The notes under the pieces are model-generated. The model saw only the letters and a program-made list of their open reading frames with translations, was not told where the DNA came from and ran no database searches. The translations under genes were made by a program, and so were the position numbers. From positions 30,347 through 94,346 of the forward strand of contig JBEKKS010000004.1 in NCBI GenBank assembly GCA_050010595.1: a stretch of 64,000 nucleotides of DNA, read 5' to 3'. The stretch is from Solirubrobacteraceae bacterium. Lineage in GTDB: Bacteria; Actinomycetota; Thermoleophilia; Solirubrobacterales; Solirubrobacteraceae. Shown one piece after another: positions 1 to 8,357 of this stretch; within the stretch, counting starts at the first letter, position 1; every line of letters starts with the position of its first letter.

Positions 1-461
1 GCGAGCCCGTCGATCTCGCACCGCTCGTGCGCGATGCCGCCAGCGATCTGCGAGCGGTAGCGCCGGAGCGCGAGGTCAGCGTGAAAGTGACGCCCGCGCG
101 CGGACGCCACGGTGTCAGCGGCGACCCCGACGGCCTGCGCCAGGTGCTCGCCAACCTGACCACGAATGCGATCAAGCACACGCCCGCCGGGACGCCAATC
201 GAGCTGACGCTCGCGCGCCGTGACGGCTACGAGCGGATCGAGGTGCGCGACCACGGGCCCGGCCTGCCCGACGACGCGCAGGACGCCGTGTTCGAGCGCT
301 TCTGGCGCGCGGAGGGCGGACGCGAGCGCGGCAAGGCCGGCGCCGGGCTCGGCCTCGCGATCGTGGCCGAGATCGTCGATGCGCACGGCGGACGCGTCAG
401 CGCGCGCAACGCCACCGAGGGCGGCGCGAGCTTCGTGATCGAGCTGCCGGAGCACCGCTGA
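1..461 (+). CDS. sensor histidine kinase, C-terminal HATPase_c fragment (5' end outside window)
   Basis: The ORF is open to the window edge (phase from nt 3). It shows the GHKL motifs: N-box LANLTTNAIKHT, G1 DHGPGLP and G2 GAGLGLAIV. Confidence 0.85.
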   Translation, partial: EPVDLAPLVRDAASDLRAVAPEREVSVKVTPARGRHGVSGDPDGLRQVLANLTTNAIKHTPAGTPIELTLARRDGYERIEVRDHGPGLPDDAQDAVFERFWRAEGGRERGKAGAGLGLAIVAEIVDAHGGRVSARNATEGGASFVIELPEHR

Positions 462-681
462 CGCGCGGGCGCCTCGCGGGACTGTCTCCTCGAGCCCGAT
501 GAGCGGGAAGTCGGTTGCCGGCGCCGGGCGGCCGAGCACTTCCGGCCTGTAGGCCTTGGCACTGCGAATCGGCTCTGCGCGCCCGCGGCGATCGTCGCGG
601 CTAGCAACAAAACGGTCGGGCGATCCATCGGTGACCTCGTCGGGGTAACGGTTCACCCCGTTCATGCCCGCTGGCCGGAAT

Positions 682-1905
682 CTAGCTCTCGGCGGCGGCG
701 CGGAGCTCACGCGGCGCGCCGTAGGCCCCAAGACACTCGGGTAGCACGACCGAGCCGTCCTCGCGCTGACCGTTCTCGAGCAGCGCGACGATCGTGCGCC
801 CGACAGCGATCGCGGTCCCGTTGAGCGTGTGCGCGGTGACCGGCCGGCCGCCACCCTCGCCGCGCACGCGGATCTCGAGCCGGCGCGCCTGGAAGTCGGT
901 CGTGTTCGAGGTCGATGTCAGCTCGAGGTAGCGCTGCTGGGAGGGCAGCCAGGCCTCGCAGTCGTACTTCTTCGCCGCCGATGCGCCGAGGTCGTCGACC
1001 GCGATGTTCAGCACGCGGTAGGGCAGCTCGAGCGCGCCGAGCAGCGACTCCTCGATCGACAGCAGGCGCTCGTGCTCGGCGGCGCTCTCCTGCGCAGTCG
1101 TGAAAGTGAACATCTCGAGCTTGTCGAACTGGTGCACGCGGATGATCCCGCGCGTGTCCTTGCCGGCAGCACCGGCCTCGCGCCGGAAGCACGAGGAGAA
1201 GCCCGCGTAGCGGCGCGGCAGCTCGCCGGCAGCGATGATCTCGCCCGCGTGCAGCGAGGCTAGCGCGACCTCGGAGGTTCCGACCAGGTAGAGCTCCTCC
1301 CCCGGGATCTCGTAGATCTGCTGCTCGGCGTCAGGGAAGTAGCCCGTCCCGAAGAGCGCCTGCTCGCGCACGAGCACCGGCGGGATCACCGGCTCGAAAC
1401 CTTCCGCGATCAGGCGATCGAGCCCCCAGCGAACAAGCGCCAGCTCGAGCAACACGAGATCGCCGCGCAGGTACGCAAAGCGCGCCCCCGACAGGCGCGC
1501 GCCGGCCTCCATGTCGATCAGCCGTCCCGCAAGCTCGAGATGGTCGCGAAAGCCCTCCCCCAGGCGCGGCTCCCCCACCTCGCGCACGACCGTATCCTGC
1601 GGCGGCGCATCATCGGCTGGCAGATTCGGTAGTCGCGCGAGCGCATCCCGCAGCGCCCCGTCGACCTCGGCGAGCTCCGCGTCGAGCGCCTTCTCGTGCT
1701 GACCGAGCTCGCGCATTCGCGTGATCGCCTCGCCGACATCGGCACCGCTGCGCTTGGCCGCCGCGATCTCCTCCGAGGCGGCGTTCTTCGCGCCGCGCAG
1801 CGCCTCGAGCTGCGGCAGCACGCGGCGGCGGCGCAGGTCGAGCTCGATGACCGCATCGAGCGCTTCCGACAGCCCACTCTCGCGCCGCGCAAGCGCCGCG
1901 CGCAC
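682..1905 (-). CDS. serS: seryl-tRNA synthetase
   Basis: It has class II aaRS motifs (FRREAGAAGKDTRGIIRVHQFDK, TLNGTAIAVGRT) and an N-terminal coiled-coil arm. The conserved N-terminus (VLDLGLIREQPEAV) continues 13 codons upstream of GTG 1905 with no canonical start codon (see findings). Confidence 0.9.
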   Translation of the reverse strand: MRAALARRESGLSEALDAVIELDLRRRRVLPQLEALRGAKNAASEEIAAAKRSGADVGEAITRMRELGQHEKALDAELAEVDGALRDALARLPNLPADDAPPQDTVVREVGEPRLGEGFRDHLELAGRLIDMEAGARLSGARFAYLRGDLVLLELALVRWGLDRLIAEGFEPVIPPVLVREQALFGTGYFPDAEQQIYEIPGEELYLVGTSEVALASLHAGEIIAAGELPRRYAGFSSCFRREAGAAGKDTRGIIRVHQFDKLEMFTFTTAQESAAEHERLLSIEESLLGALELPYRVLNIAVDDLGASAAKKYDCEAWLPSQQRYLELTSTSNTTDFQARRLEIRVRGEGGGRPVTAHTLNGTAIAVGRTIVALLENGQREDGSVVLPECLGAYGAPRELRAAAES

Positions 1906-1953
1906 GGCTTCCGGCTGCTCGCGGATCAGGCCTAGATCGAGAACCGGCCCAGC

Positions 1954-2373
1954 CTACTGATTGCCCGAAGACCCCGCGAGCGTCAGGCTCTTCGGCGCCT
2001 CATAGCCCGCATAGTGGGCGAGGAACTGCGCCACCTGCTGCGCCTGCGGGCCGACGACGATGTTCTCGGGCATGATCTGTCCGGTAAAGCCGCCGTTCTC
2101 GATCGCGTAGAGGACGTTCTGGACGGTCTCCTTGCGGAAGTCGAAGTTCGGGGCGTTGGTCCGCAGACGGTTCTGGACCGAGGTCGCCGAGCCCTCGGCG
2201 CCGACCAGCGTCATCGTGTGGCAACCCGAGCAATGGTCGAGGAAGATGACAGCCCCGGCGTGGTAGGGGCTCGACTTCGCGACATCGACGCCTTGCGATC
2301 CGCAGGCGCTGATCGCGACCGCGGCCACGCATGCAGCGGCGGCGCTAGCAGCGATCTTCCCGGCACGGCTCAT
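1954..2373 (-). CDS. membrane-anchored (lipoprotein) class I c-type cytochrome
   Basis: It has the heme-binding CSGCH motif and a signal peptide with lipobox AISAC. The ATG at 2373 follows a junk-like S/T/R-rich extension in the longer ORF call. Confidence 0.75.
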   Translation of the reverse strand: MSRAGKIAASAAAACVAAVAISACGSQGVDVAKSSPYHAGAVIFLDHCSGCHTMTLVGAEGSATSVQNRLRTNAPNFDFRKETVQNVLYAIENGGFTGQIMPENIVVGPQAQQVAQFLAHYAGYEAPKSLTLAGSSGNQ

Positions 2374-2407
2374 GCGGTCGGAGATGATACGGATAATGCC
2401 TGAGGCA

Positions 2408-2764
2408 ATGCCGCGACTGGTCGTCCTCCTGCTCGCGGTCGTGCTCGCAGGGTGCGGCGAGGCGACCGCCACCTACCACACGAGCGTTATGCGGCTGGAC
2501 GTCGGGGAGTACGTGATCACGCCCGAGAGCGTGCAGATGGAAGCCGGGACTGTGGAGATCCGTGCGACCAACGACGGCGTCCTCGTGCACGAGATCGCGG
2601 TCGCGAACGGCGACGGCAAGATCCTCGGTCAGACCGGCGCGATCTTCCCCGGACAGACCGTCACGACCGCGCCGTTCACGCTCGCGCCCGGCAGCTACCG
2701 CGTCTACGACCCGGGCGCGAACTACGCCGATCTAGGCGCGTACGGGTCGCTGCGAGTCTCGTGA
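2408..2764 (+). CDS. cupredoxin-like fold lipoprotein (no Cys copper ligand)
   Basis: It has a signal peptide plus lipobox LAGC and a beta-rich EIRATNDGVLVHEIAV pattern typical of cupredoxin_1-like domains. The start could be any of the ATGs at 2372, 2384, 2396 or 2408. Confidence 0.6.
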   Translation: MPRLVVLLLAVVLAGCGEATATYHTSVMRLDVGEYVITPESVQMEAGTVEIRATNDGVLVHEIAVANGDGKILGQTGAIFPGQTVTTAPFTLAPGSYRVYDPGANYADLGAYGSLRVS

Positions 2765-3050
2765 TCGGGCGCCTGTGGCGGGCATCGCGGCGGCGACTCC
2801 GGCTGCGCGTGCATGGTCCGCACCGCATCCGGGTGATGGCGGAGATGCGGCGCGAGTGCGTGTTCTTCACGGCGCGGCCCTTTCGCCACACGCTCGAGGC
2901 GAGCACGAGCCGTTGCTCCAGGACGACTTGCCGCGGTTTCACGCGGAGATCGCGCGGCGGGCGGGCCGGATCGTCGACCTCGCGAGCGGCGAGGAAGTCA
3001 CGCTCGAGGGGCTTGGCGCGCAACCCACCGACCTGCTGATCCTGCCCTAA
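2761..3050 (+). pseudogene. possible small CDS needing a -1 frame change near 2898 (frameshifted gene, sequencing error, or two fragments)
   Basis: GTG 2761 overlaps the upstream stop as GTGA. GC3 and residue composition look coding in frame 1 up to about 2898 (MAEMRRECVFFTARPFRHTLE). After that they look coding in frame 0 (GEHEPLLQDDLPRFHAEIARRAGRIVDLASGEEVTLEGLGAQPTDLLILP*). Confidence 0.3.
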
Positions 3051-3544
3051 TACGTGCCCCACGCCCGCAGGGCGAGGAAACAGACCGTGACGGCGGCGAG
3101 CGCCATGACGACCATCTCGCGGCGGAGGATCGCGAGCACGATCTCGCGCTGGCTATCGGGCGGTAGCTGGCCGACGGCCTGGGCGTCGAGGATGTCGCGC
3201 GAGGTGAGGACGTTGTCAGCGGCGAGCACGCGCATCTGCTCGGCAACGAAGCCGATCGCGATCGGCAGCAGCGCGTACAGGTAGAAGAGGCTGCTCGAGG
3301 GCTTGTCGTGGCTGAGGTAGAGGATTCCTGCGAGCGCGGCGTAGGCGATGGCGAGTGCTTGACCGAACCGTGCGAGCAGCCAGAAGGCGCGGCTCGCCTG
3401 CGCGCGATACCACTGCAGGAGGCCGAATAGGCCCGCGACGCCATTGCACGCAGCGACGGCAAGTGCGGCATCCAAGGCGATCGTGCGGTGGTTCACGAGG
3501 CGCTCCGTTCGGGTCGGATCGTGGGGTTTGCCACTAAGTAACAC
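3047..3544 (-). CDS. hypothetical integral membrane protein (about 4 TM)
   Basis: The ORF has high GC3 and four hydrophobic segments. I recognise no family. The start is uncertain. Confidence 0.55.
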   Translation of the reverse strand: MLLSGKPHDPTRTERLVNHRTIALDAALAVAACNGVAGLFGLLQWYRAQASRAFWLLARFGQALAIAYAALAGILYLSHDKPSSSLFYLYALLPIAIGFVAEQMRVLAADNVLTSRDILDAQAVGQLPPDSQREIVLAILRREMVVMALAAVTVCFLALRAWGTY

Positions 3545-3547
3545 TCC

Positions 3548-3576
3548 GTCACAAGGTCACTGGGGAGTGATATAAC
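3548..3576 (+). promoter_or_regulatory. candidate sigma-70-type promoter of the nuo operon (-35 GTCACA, 17-nt spacer, -10 TATAAC)
   Basis: The hexamers were read directly. The -10 element ends 6 nt before the nuoA GTG at 3583, which implies a leaderless or near-leaderless transcript. Confidence 0.35.
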
Positions 3577-3582
3577 GCGCTG

Positions 3583-3939
3583 GTGCTCCGTAGTTACCTG
3601 CCCGCGATCGTGTTTCTCGCGCTCGGGGGGATAGTTGGTGGCGCCTTCGCCTACCTGAACACGGTTATCGGCCCCAAGCGCAAGATCGCCTCCAAGACGC
3701 AACCCTACGAATGCGGGCTGCCGTCCGAGGTCAAATACGGCTTCCGCTTCGGGATCAGCTTCTACCTGATCGCGATGCTCTTCATCCTGTTCGATATCGA
3801 GACGATCTTCCTATACCCGATTGCCGCCGAGCTGCGCGCGTTCGGCGCCTTCGCCCTATGGGAGGCGATCACGTTCGTAGTGCTGCTCTTCGTCGCGTTC
3901 GTATACGTCTGGCGACGGGGAGCGCTCGATTGGCGGTAA
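3583..3939 (+). CDS. nuoA: NADH-quinone oxidoreductase subunit A
   Basis: It is 118 aa with 3 TM segments and the conserved YECG and LFILFDIE motifs. It is the first gene of the nuo cluster. Confidence 0.93.
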   Translation: MLRSYLPAIVFLALGGIVGGAFAYLNTVIGPKRKIASKTQPYECGLPSEVKYGFRFGISFYLIAMLFILFDIETIFLYPIAAELRAFGAFALWEAITFVVLLFVAFVYVWRRGALDWR

Positions 3940-4571
3940 CACGCGAACCGCTCGACACGCCGGGCAGCTTCCGCACGCGGCAGCTGCTGGCGCGTGACCT
4001 GCTGCGCGGCGATCTGGAGGGCCTCGAGCTGGAGCGCGCGGTCGAGGAATCGATCCTCACGACGACGCTCGAGAAGGCGGTTGACTGGGCGCGGTCGAAC
4101 TCGCTGTTCCCGGCGACGTTCGGGCTCGCCTGCTGCGCGATCGAGATGATGTCGATCGTCGCCGCGCGCGTCGACGTCGCGCGGTTCGGCTTCGAGGCGT
4201 TCCGTGCCTCGCCGCGCCAGGCCGACCTGCTGATCCTCTCGGGACGAGTCTCGATCAAGATGGCGCCGGTCGTGCGCCGTATCTATGACCAGATGCTCGA
4301 GCCGAAGTGGGCGATCGCGATGGGCGCGTGCTCATCCTCGATGGGGGTCTTCAACAATTACGCCATCGTCCCGGCCGACAAGTTCATGCCGATCGACGTG
4401 CATGTGCCGGGCTGCCCGCCGCGCCCCGAGGCGCTGATGCACGGCATCCTCAAGCTCCGCAAGATGATCCAGGATGATCCGGACCTCGGTTGGCGTGAGC
4501 GCTACGGGGCCGTCGGGACTGAGGAGGTCCTGACCGGCACGGACCCGTCAGCGGAGCGCGCAGGTGCCTGA
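3930..4571 (+). CDS. nuoB: NADH-quinone oxidoreductase subunit B
   Basis: It carries the N2 cluster motifs [18 protein letters not shown] and PGCPPRPE. The start is assigned to TTG 3930, overlapping the nuoA stop, because no ATG or GTG lies between 3936 and the conserved core. Confidence 0.85.
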   Translation: MAVTREPLDTPGSFRTRQLLARDLLRGDLEGLELERAVEESILTTTLEKAVDWARSNSLFPATFGLACCAIEMMSIVAARVDVARFGFEAFRASPRQADLLILSGRVSIKMAPVVRRIYDQMLEPKWAIAMGACSSSMGVFNNYAIVPADKFMPIDVHVPGCPPRPEALMHGILKLRKMIQDDPDLGWRERYGAVGTEEVLTGTDPSAERAGA

Positions 4572-5076
4572 CCAGGTTGGGCTGGAGCTGATCGCGACGG
4601 AGCTGGGGGAGCTGATCCCCGGCAGCGTGCGCGAGACGACGTTCTTCCGCGGGCAGGCGAGCGTCGAGATCGATCCGGCTGCGGTGCGCGGGGTGCTCGC
4701 CGCGCTGCGCGACCGCCACGGCTACCGCGCACTGATGAGCGTGCACGGCGTCGACTACTACCCGCAGGAGCCGCGGCTTGGTGTCCACTACCAGCTGCTC
4801 GACATGGAGCGCGTCGACCGCCTCGGCGTGACGTTGCGCGTGGCGACCGGCTCGCCAAACGTCGAATCGGTGACACCCGATTGGCCGACCGCCGACCATC
4901 AGGAGCGCGAGATCTACGACATGTTCGGCGTCGTCTTCGACGGGCACCCGGACCTGCGGCGCATCCTGATGCCCGAGGACTACGAGGGGCACCCGCAGCG
5001 GCGCGACTTCCCGATCGGCGGCGAGCCGGTGCTTTTCACCCACAACGACGCGACCTCGCCGGGGTGGACTAAATGA
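4564..5076 (+). CDS. nuoC: NADH-quinone oxidoreductase subunit C
   Basis: It has the 30-kDa subunit motifs ([22 protein letters not shown]). The GTG start overlaps the nuoB end. Confidence 0.92.
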   Translation: MPDQVGLELIATELGELIPGSVRETTFFRGQASVEIDPAAVRGVLAALRDRHGYRALMSVHGVDYYPQEPRLGVHYQLLDMERVDRLGVTLRVATGSPNVESVTPDWPTADHQEREIYDMFGVVFDGHPDLRRILMPEDYEGHPQRRDFPIGGEPVLFTHNDATSPGWTK

Positions 5077-6317
5077 GTACCTATCGCCAGATGGAGGAGT
5101 CGATCACGCTCGCGCCGCTCGAGGAGCAGGTGGCCTCGCAACAGCGGCTCTCGAACGAGCTCCTGACGCTCAATATCGGGCCGCACCACCCGGCAACCCA
5201 CGGCGTGCTGCGGCTGCTCGTGACGCTCGACGCCGAGATCGTGCAGGACCTCAAGCCGATCATCGGCTACGTGCACACCGGGATCGAGAAGACGGCTGAG
5301 GACAAGGCCTACTGGAAGGTCATTCCGGTCATCGAGCGGATGGACTACCTGTCCTACTACTTCAACGCGATGGCCTACTGCGGCGCTGTCGAGACGCTGC
5401 TCGAGTGCGAGGTACCGAAGCGCGCGCAGTACCTCCGCGTGATCCACATGGAGCTCAACCGGATCATGTCCCACCTCGTCTGGCTCGGGACGAGCGCGCT
5501 CGATCTCGGGGCGATGTCGATGTTCTGGTACTGCTTCCGCGAGCGCGAGATGATCCTCGACCTCTTCGAGATGTCATCCGGACAGCGGATGCACACGCGC
5601 TACATCCAGGTTGGCGGCGTGATCGAAGACATCCCGCGCGACTTCGAGACGAAGGTGCGCGAGTTCACGAAGATCATGCCGACCCGCGTCGACCAGTACA
5701 ACGACCTGCTACGACGCAACGAGATCCTCTTGCAGCGCCTGCGTGGCACGTGCCCGCTCGACGAGCAGTCGCTCCTGGGGCTTGGCGTAACCGGGCCGCT
5801 GCTGCGCGCCGCGGGCAACCCCTGGGACCTGCGCAAGGCGGCGCCCTACTCGTCCTACGAGGACTTCGAGTTCAAGATCCCAGTCGGCACGGTCGGCGAC
5901 AACTACGACCGCTACGCGGTTCGCGTCGCCGAGATGAAGGAGTCGGTGAAGATCATCGACCAGGCGCTCGACGGGCTGCCCGAGGGGCCGCACATCACGA
6001 CCGACCGCAAGGTCGCGCTGCCGCCGCGCCACGAGCTCGCGACCTCGATGGAGGCGCTGATCCACCATTTCAAGCTCGTCACCGAGGGCTTCCGCGTGCC
6101 GCCGGGCGAGGTCTACTACCCGATCGAGTCACCGCGCGGCGAGCTCGGCTGCTTCGTGCGCTCGGACGGCTCAGCCAAGCCGGCTCGCGTGCACATGCGC
6201 GACCCGAGCTTCGTCAACCTCCAGGCGACCGCGCCGATGACCCGCGGCGCCTACATCGCCGACCTGATCGCAACGCTCGCGATGCTCGACCCGATACTTG
6301 GGGGGATCGATCGATGA
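5073..6317 (+). CDS. nuoD: NADH-quinone oxidoreductase subunit D
   Basis: It has the 49-kDa subunit motifs (GPHHPATHGVLRL, ERMDYLS, RVHMRDPSF). Its start overlaps the nuoC stop as ATGA. Confidence 0.95.
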   Translation: MSTYRQMEESITLAPLEEQVASQQRLSNELLTLNIGPHHPATHGVLRLLVTLDAEIVQDLKPIIGYVHTGIEKTAEDKAYWKVIPVIERMDYLSYYFNAMAYCGAVETLLECEVPKRAQYLRVIHMELNRIMSHLVWLGTSALDLGAMSMFWYCFREREMILDLFEMSSGQRMHTRYIQVGGVIEDIPRDFETKVREFTKIMPTRVDQYNDLLRRNEILLQRLRGTCPLDEQSLLGLGVTGPLLRAAGNPWDLRKAAPYSSYEDFEFKIPVGTVGDNYDRYAVRVAEMKESVKIIDQALDGLPEGPHITTDRKVALPPRHELATSMEALIHHFKLVTEGFRVPPGEVYYPIESPRGELGCFVRSDGSAKPARVHMRDPSFVNLQATAPMTRGAYIADLIATLAMLDPILGGIDR

Positions 6318-6411
6318 GGCTGCGGGAGCCGGCCTTTTGCCGGCTGTCCTCGCTGACTCCGCCACGCGTTGCGCGGGTAGTTGGTCGTGGCGCTATTGGG
6401 GAGGGCCTCCG

Positions 6412-7095
6412 ATGAGTCCTTCTGAGCCGGCCGGACCCGGGTTCGCGTATGAGCAGGAGCTGAATGGGGCTTCGATTCCGCGGGATCGGCATGGGTCGCG
6501 GACGCCTGGGTGGGATCAGCCGGCCGATCTGACGAAGGATCCGGCGGAGGTTCCCGATCCCGCCCTGGTCGATGTCGATCCGGCGCTGCGTGCCGAGATC
6601 GAGGCGGCGATGGCGCGCTACCCCGATCGCCATTCCGCGGCGTTGCCGGCGCTCGCCGCAGCGCAACGACAGCACGGCTGGTGCTCACCGCAGGCGATCC
6701 TCGAGGCGGCGTGCGTGATGCGCGTTACGCCGGGATACCTGACCTCGGTCGCGACCTTCTATGACATGTTCGAGCTCGAGCCGGCTGGCGAGCACACGGT
6801 GTACGTCTGTACGAACATCAGCTGCTCGCTGCGCGGCGCCGACAAGCTCTACGAGGAGATGGAGGCCGCGGTCGGAGAGGAGCGCGACATCAACCTGCGC
6901 CACTTCGAGTGCCTTGGCGCCTGCGACATCGCGCCGATGGTCTCGGTGGACCAGATCTACTACGGCCCGCTGGGCAAGGGCGATGCCGAGCGCTTGGTCG
7001 CCGACCTGCGGGCCGGCCGCGAGCCGCTACCCGAGCTGCGCCTTTCGCTACGCAAGACAGCAGCGTCGGAGCTACCTTCGGAGACCGCGAAGTGA
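6412..7095 (+). CDS. nuoE: NADH-quinone oxidoreductase subunit E (24 kDa, 2Fe-2S)
   Basis: It has the Cys pattern CTNISCSLRG...CLGACDIAP. ATG 6412 is preceded by a GGAGGG ribosome-binding site. It has an actinobacterial-type N-terminal extension. Confidence 0.9.
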   Translation: MSPSEPAGPGFAYEQELNGASIPRDRHGSRTPGWDQPADLTKDPAEVPDPALVDVDPALRAEIEAAMARYPDRHSAALPALAAAQRQHGWCSPQAILEAACVMRVTPGYLTSVATFYDMFELEPAGEHTVYVCTNISCSLRGADKLYEEMEAAVGEERDINLRHFECLGACDIAPMVSVDQIYYGPLGKGDAERLVADLRAGREPLPELRLSLRKTAASELPSETAK

Positions 7096-8357
7096 CCGAC
7101 GCAATCCTGCTGAAGGGAATCGACCAGGCGAAGCTCGCCGACATCAAGGTCTACGAGAAGCGCGGCGGCTACAAATCGCTGCGCAAGGCGCTCGGCATGA
7201 CCCAGGAGCAGGTGATCGCCGAGCTCGAAGCCTCCGGGCTGCGCGGCCGCGGCGGCGCCGGCTTCCCATCCGGACGCAAGGCGTCCTTCCTGCCCAAGGG
7301 CGACATGGACAAGTACCTCGTCTGCAACGCGGACGAGTCAGAGCCGGGGACCTTCAAGGACCGCGAGCTGATGCAGAAGAGCCCGCACATGCTGATCGAG
7401 GGCATCGTGATCGCCGCGCGCGCCGGCAACATCAACCGCGCTTTCATCTATATCCGCGGCGAGTACGAGGAGCAGGCGCGAATCCTCGACACCGCGATCG
7501 CGCAGGCGTACGCCGCCGGCTATCTCGGCGAGCGGATCCTAGGCAGCGAGATGTCGCTCTCGCTCGTGCTCCACCGCGGTGCCGGCGCGTACATATGTGG
7601 CGAGGAGACCGGGCTGCTCGACTCGCTCGAGGGCAAGCGCGGCAATCCGCGCCTGAAGCCGCCATTTCCGGCGATCGAGGGGCTCTACGGCGGGCCGACG
7701 CTGATCAACAACGTCGAGACCCTGATGACGATGCCGCACATCCTCAAGGTCGGCGGGAAGAAGTACGCCGAGCTCGGCGTCAGCGGCTCGGCCGGCACGA
7801 AGGTCGTCTCGGTCTCCGGCCATGTCCAGCGGCCCGGCAACTACGAGATCGAGCTCGGGATCCCGTCGCGCGAGATCATCTACGGGCTTGCGGGCGGTCC
7901 GCCGCGCGGGCGCAAGGTGAAGCTCTGGTTCCCGGGCGGATCGAGCTCGCCGGTCCTGACCGGCGATGACCTCGACATCCCCTACGACTTCGACAGCCTC
8001 GCGAAGGCAGGCACGATGCTCGGGTCGGGCGCGATCATCGTCGTCGACGATCAGACGCCGGTGCTCGATGTCGCGCTGAAGACCGCACGGTTCTACCGCC
8101 ACGAGTCGTGCGGCAAGTGCACGCCGTGCCGCGAGGGAACGAACTGGACGGTGCGGATGCTCGAGCGGATCGAGACCGGCGAGGCGACGCCGATGGACCT
8201 CGACATCATGGCCTCGGTGCAGGATCACATCATCGGCAACTGCCTGTGCGTGCTCGGCGACGCGATGGCGATGCCGATCGGCTCGATGATCGTCAAGTTC
8301 CGCGACGAGCTCGAAGCCCACATGCAGCGAGCCCAGCTCGCGGGGGCAGGCGCCTGA
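7092..8357 (+). CDS. nuoF: NADH-quinone oxidoreductase subunit F (51 kDa, FMN/NADH site)
   Basis: It has the motifs GRGGAGFPSG, CNADESEPGT and ESCGKCTPCREG. The GTG start overlaps the nuoE stop as GTGA. Confidence 0.95.
   Translation: MTDAILLKGIDQAKLADIKVYEKRGGYKSLRKALGMTQEQVIAELEASGLRGRGGAGFPSGRKASFLPKGDMDKYLVCNADESEPGTFKDRELMQKSPHMLIEGIVIAARAGNINRAFIYIRGEYEEQARILDTAIAQAYAAGYLGERILGSEMSLSLVLHRGAGAYICGEETGLLDSLEGKRGNPRLKPPFPAIEGLYGGPTLINNVETLMTMPHILKVGGKKYAELGVSGSAGTKVVSVSGHVQRPGNYEIELGIPSREIIYGLAGGPPRGRKVKLWFPGGSSSPVLTGDDLDIPYDFDSLAKAGTMLGSGAIIVVDDQTPVLDVALKTARFYRHESCGKCTPCREGTNWTVRMLERIETGEATPMDLDIMASVQDHIIGNCLCVLGDAMAMPIGSMIVKFRDELEAHMQRAQLAGAGA

Noticed and set aside
227-628. A minus-strand ORF beginning with a signal-peptide-like MDRPTVLLLAATIAAGAQS in the histidine kinase/serS gap.
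   Set aside because: Only about 55 codons lie outside the kinase gene. The rest is antisense Arg/Ser-rich sequence with no ribosome-binding site. It is probably spurious.
641-660. A short hairpin CGGGGT-n8-ACCCCG downstream of serS, considered as a terminator.
   Set aside because: It has only a 6-bp stem and no U-tract, so it is too weak to call on sequence alone.
1903-2373. Stop-codon read-through fusing the cytochrome c to SerRS (same frame, TAG plus 3 codons between them).
   Set aside because: An exported lipoprotein fused to a cytoplasmic aminoacyl-tRNA synthetase makes no biological sense. The shared frame is most likely coincidental. The start-codon anomaly is reported separately.
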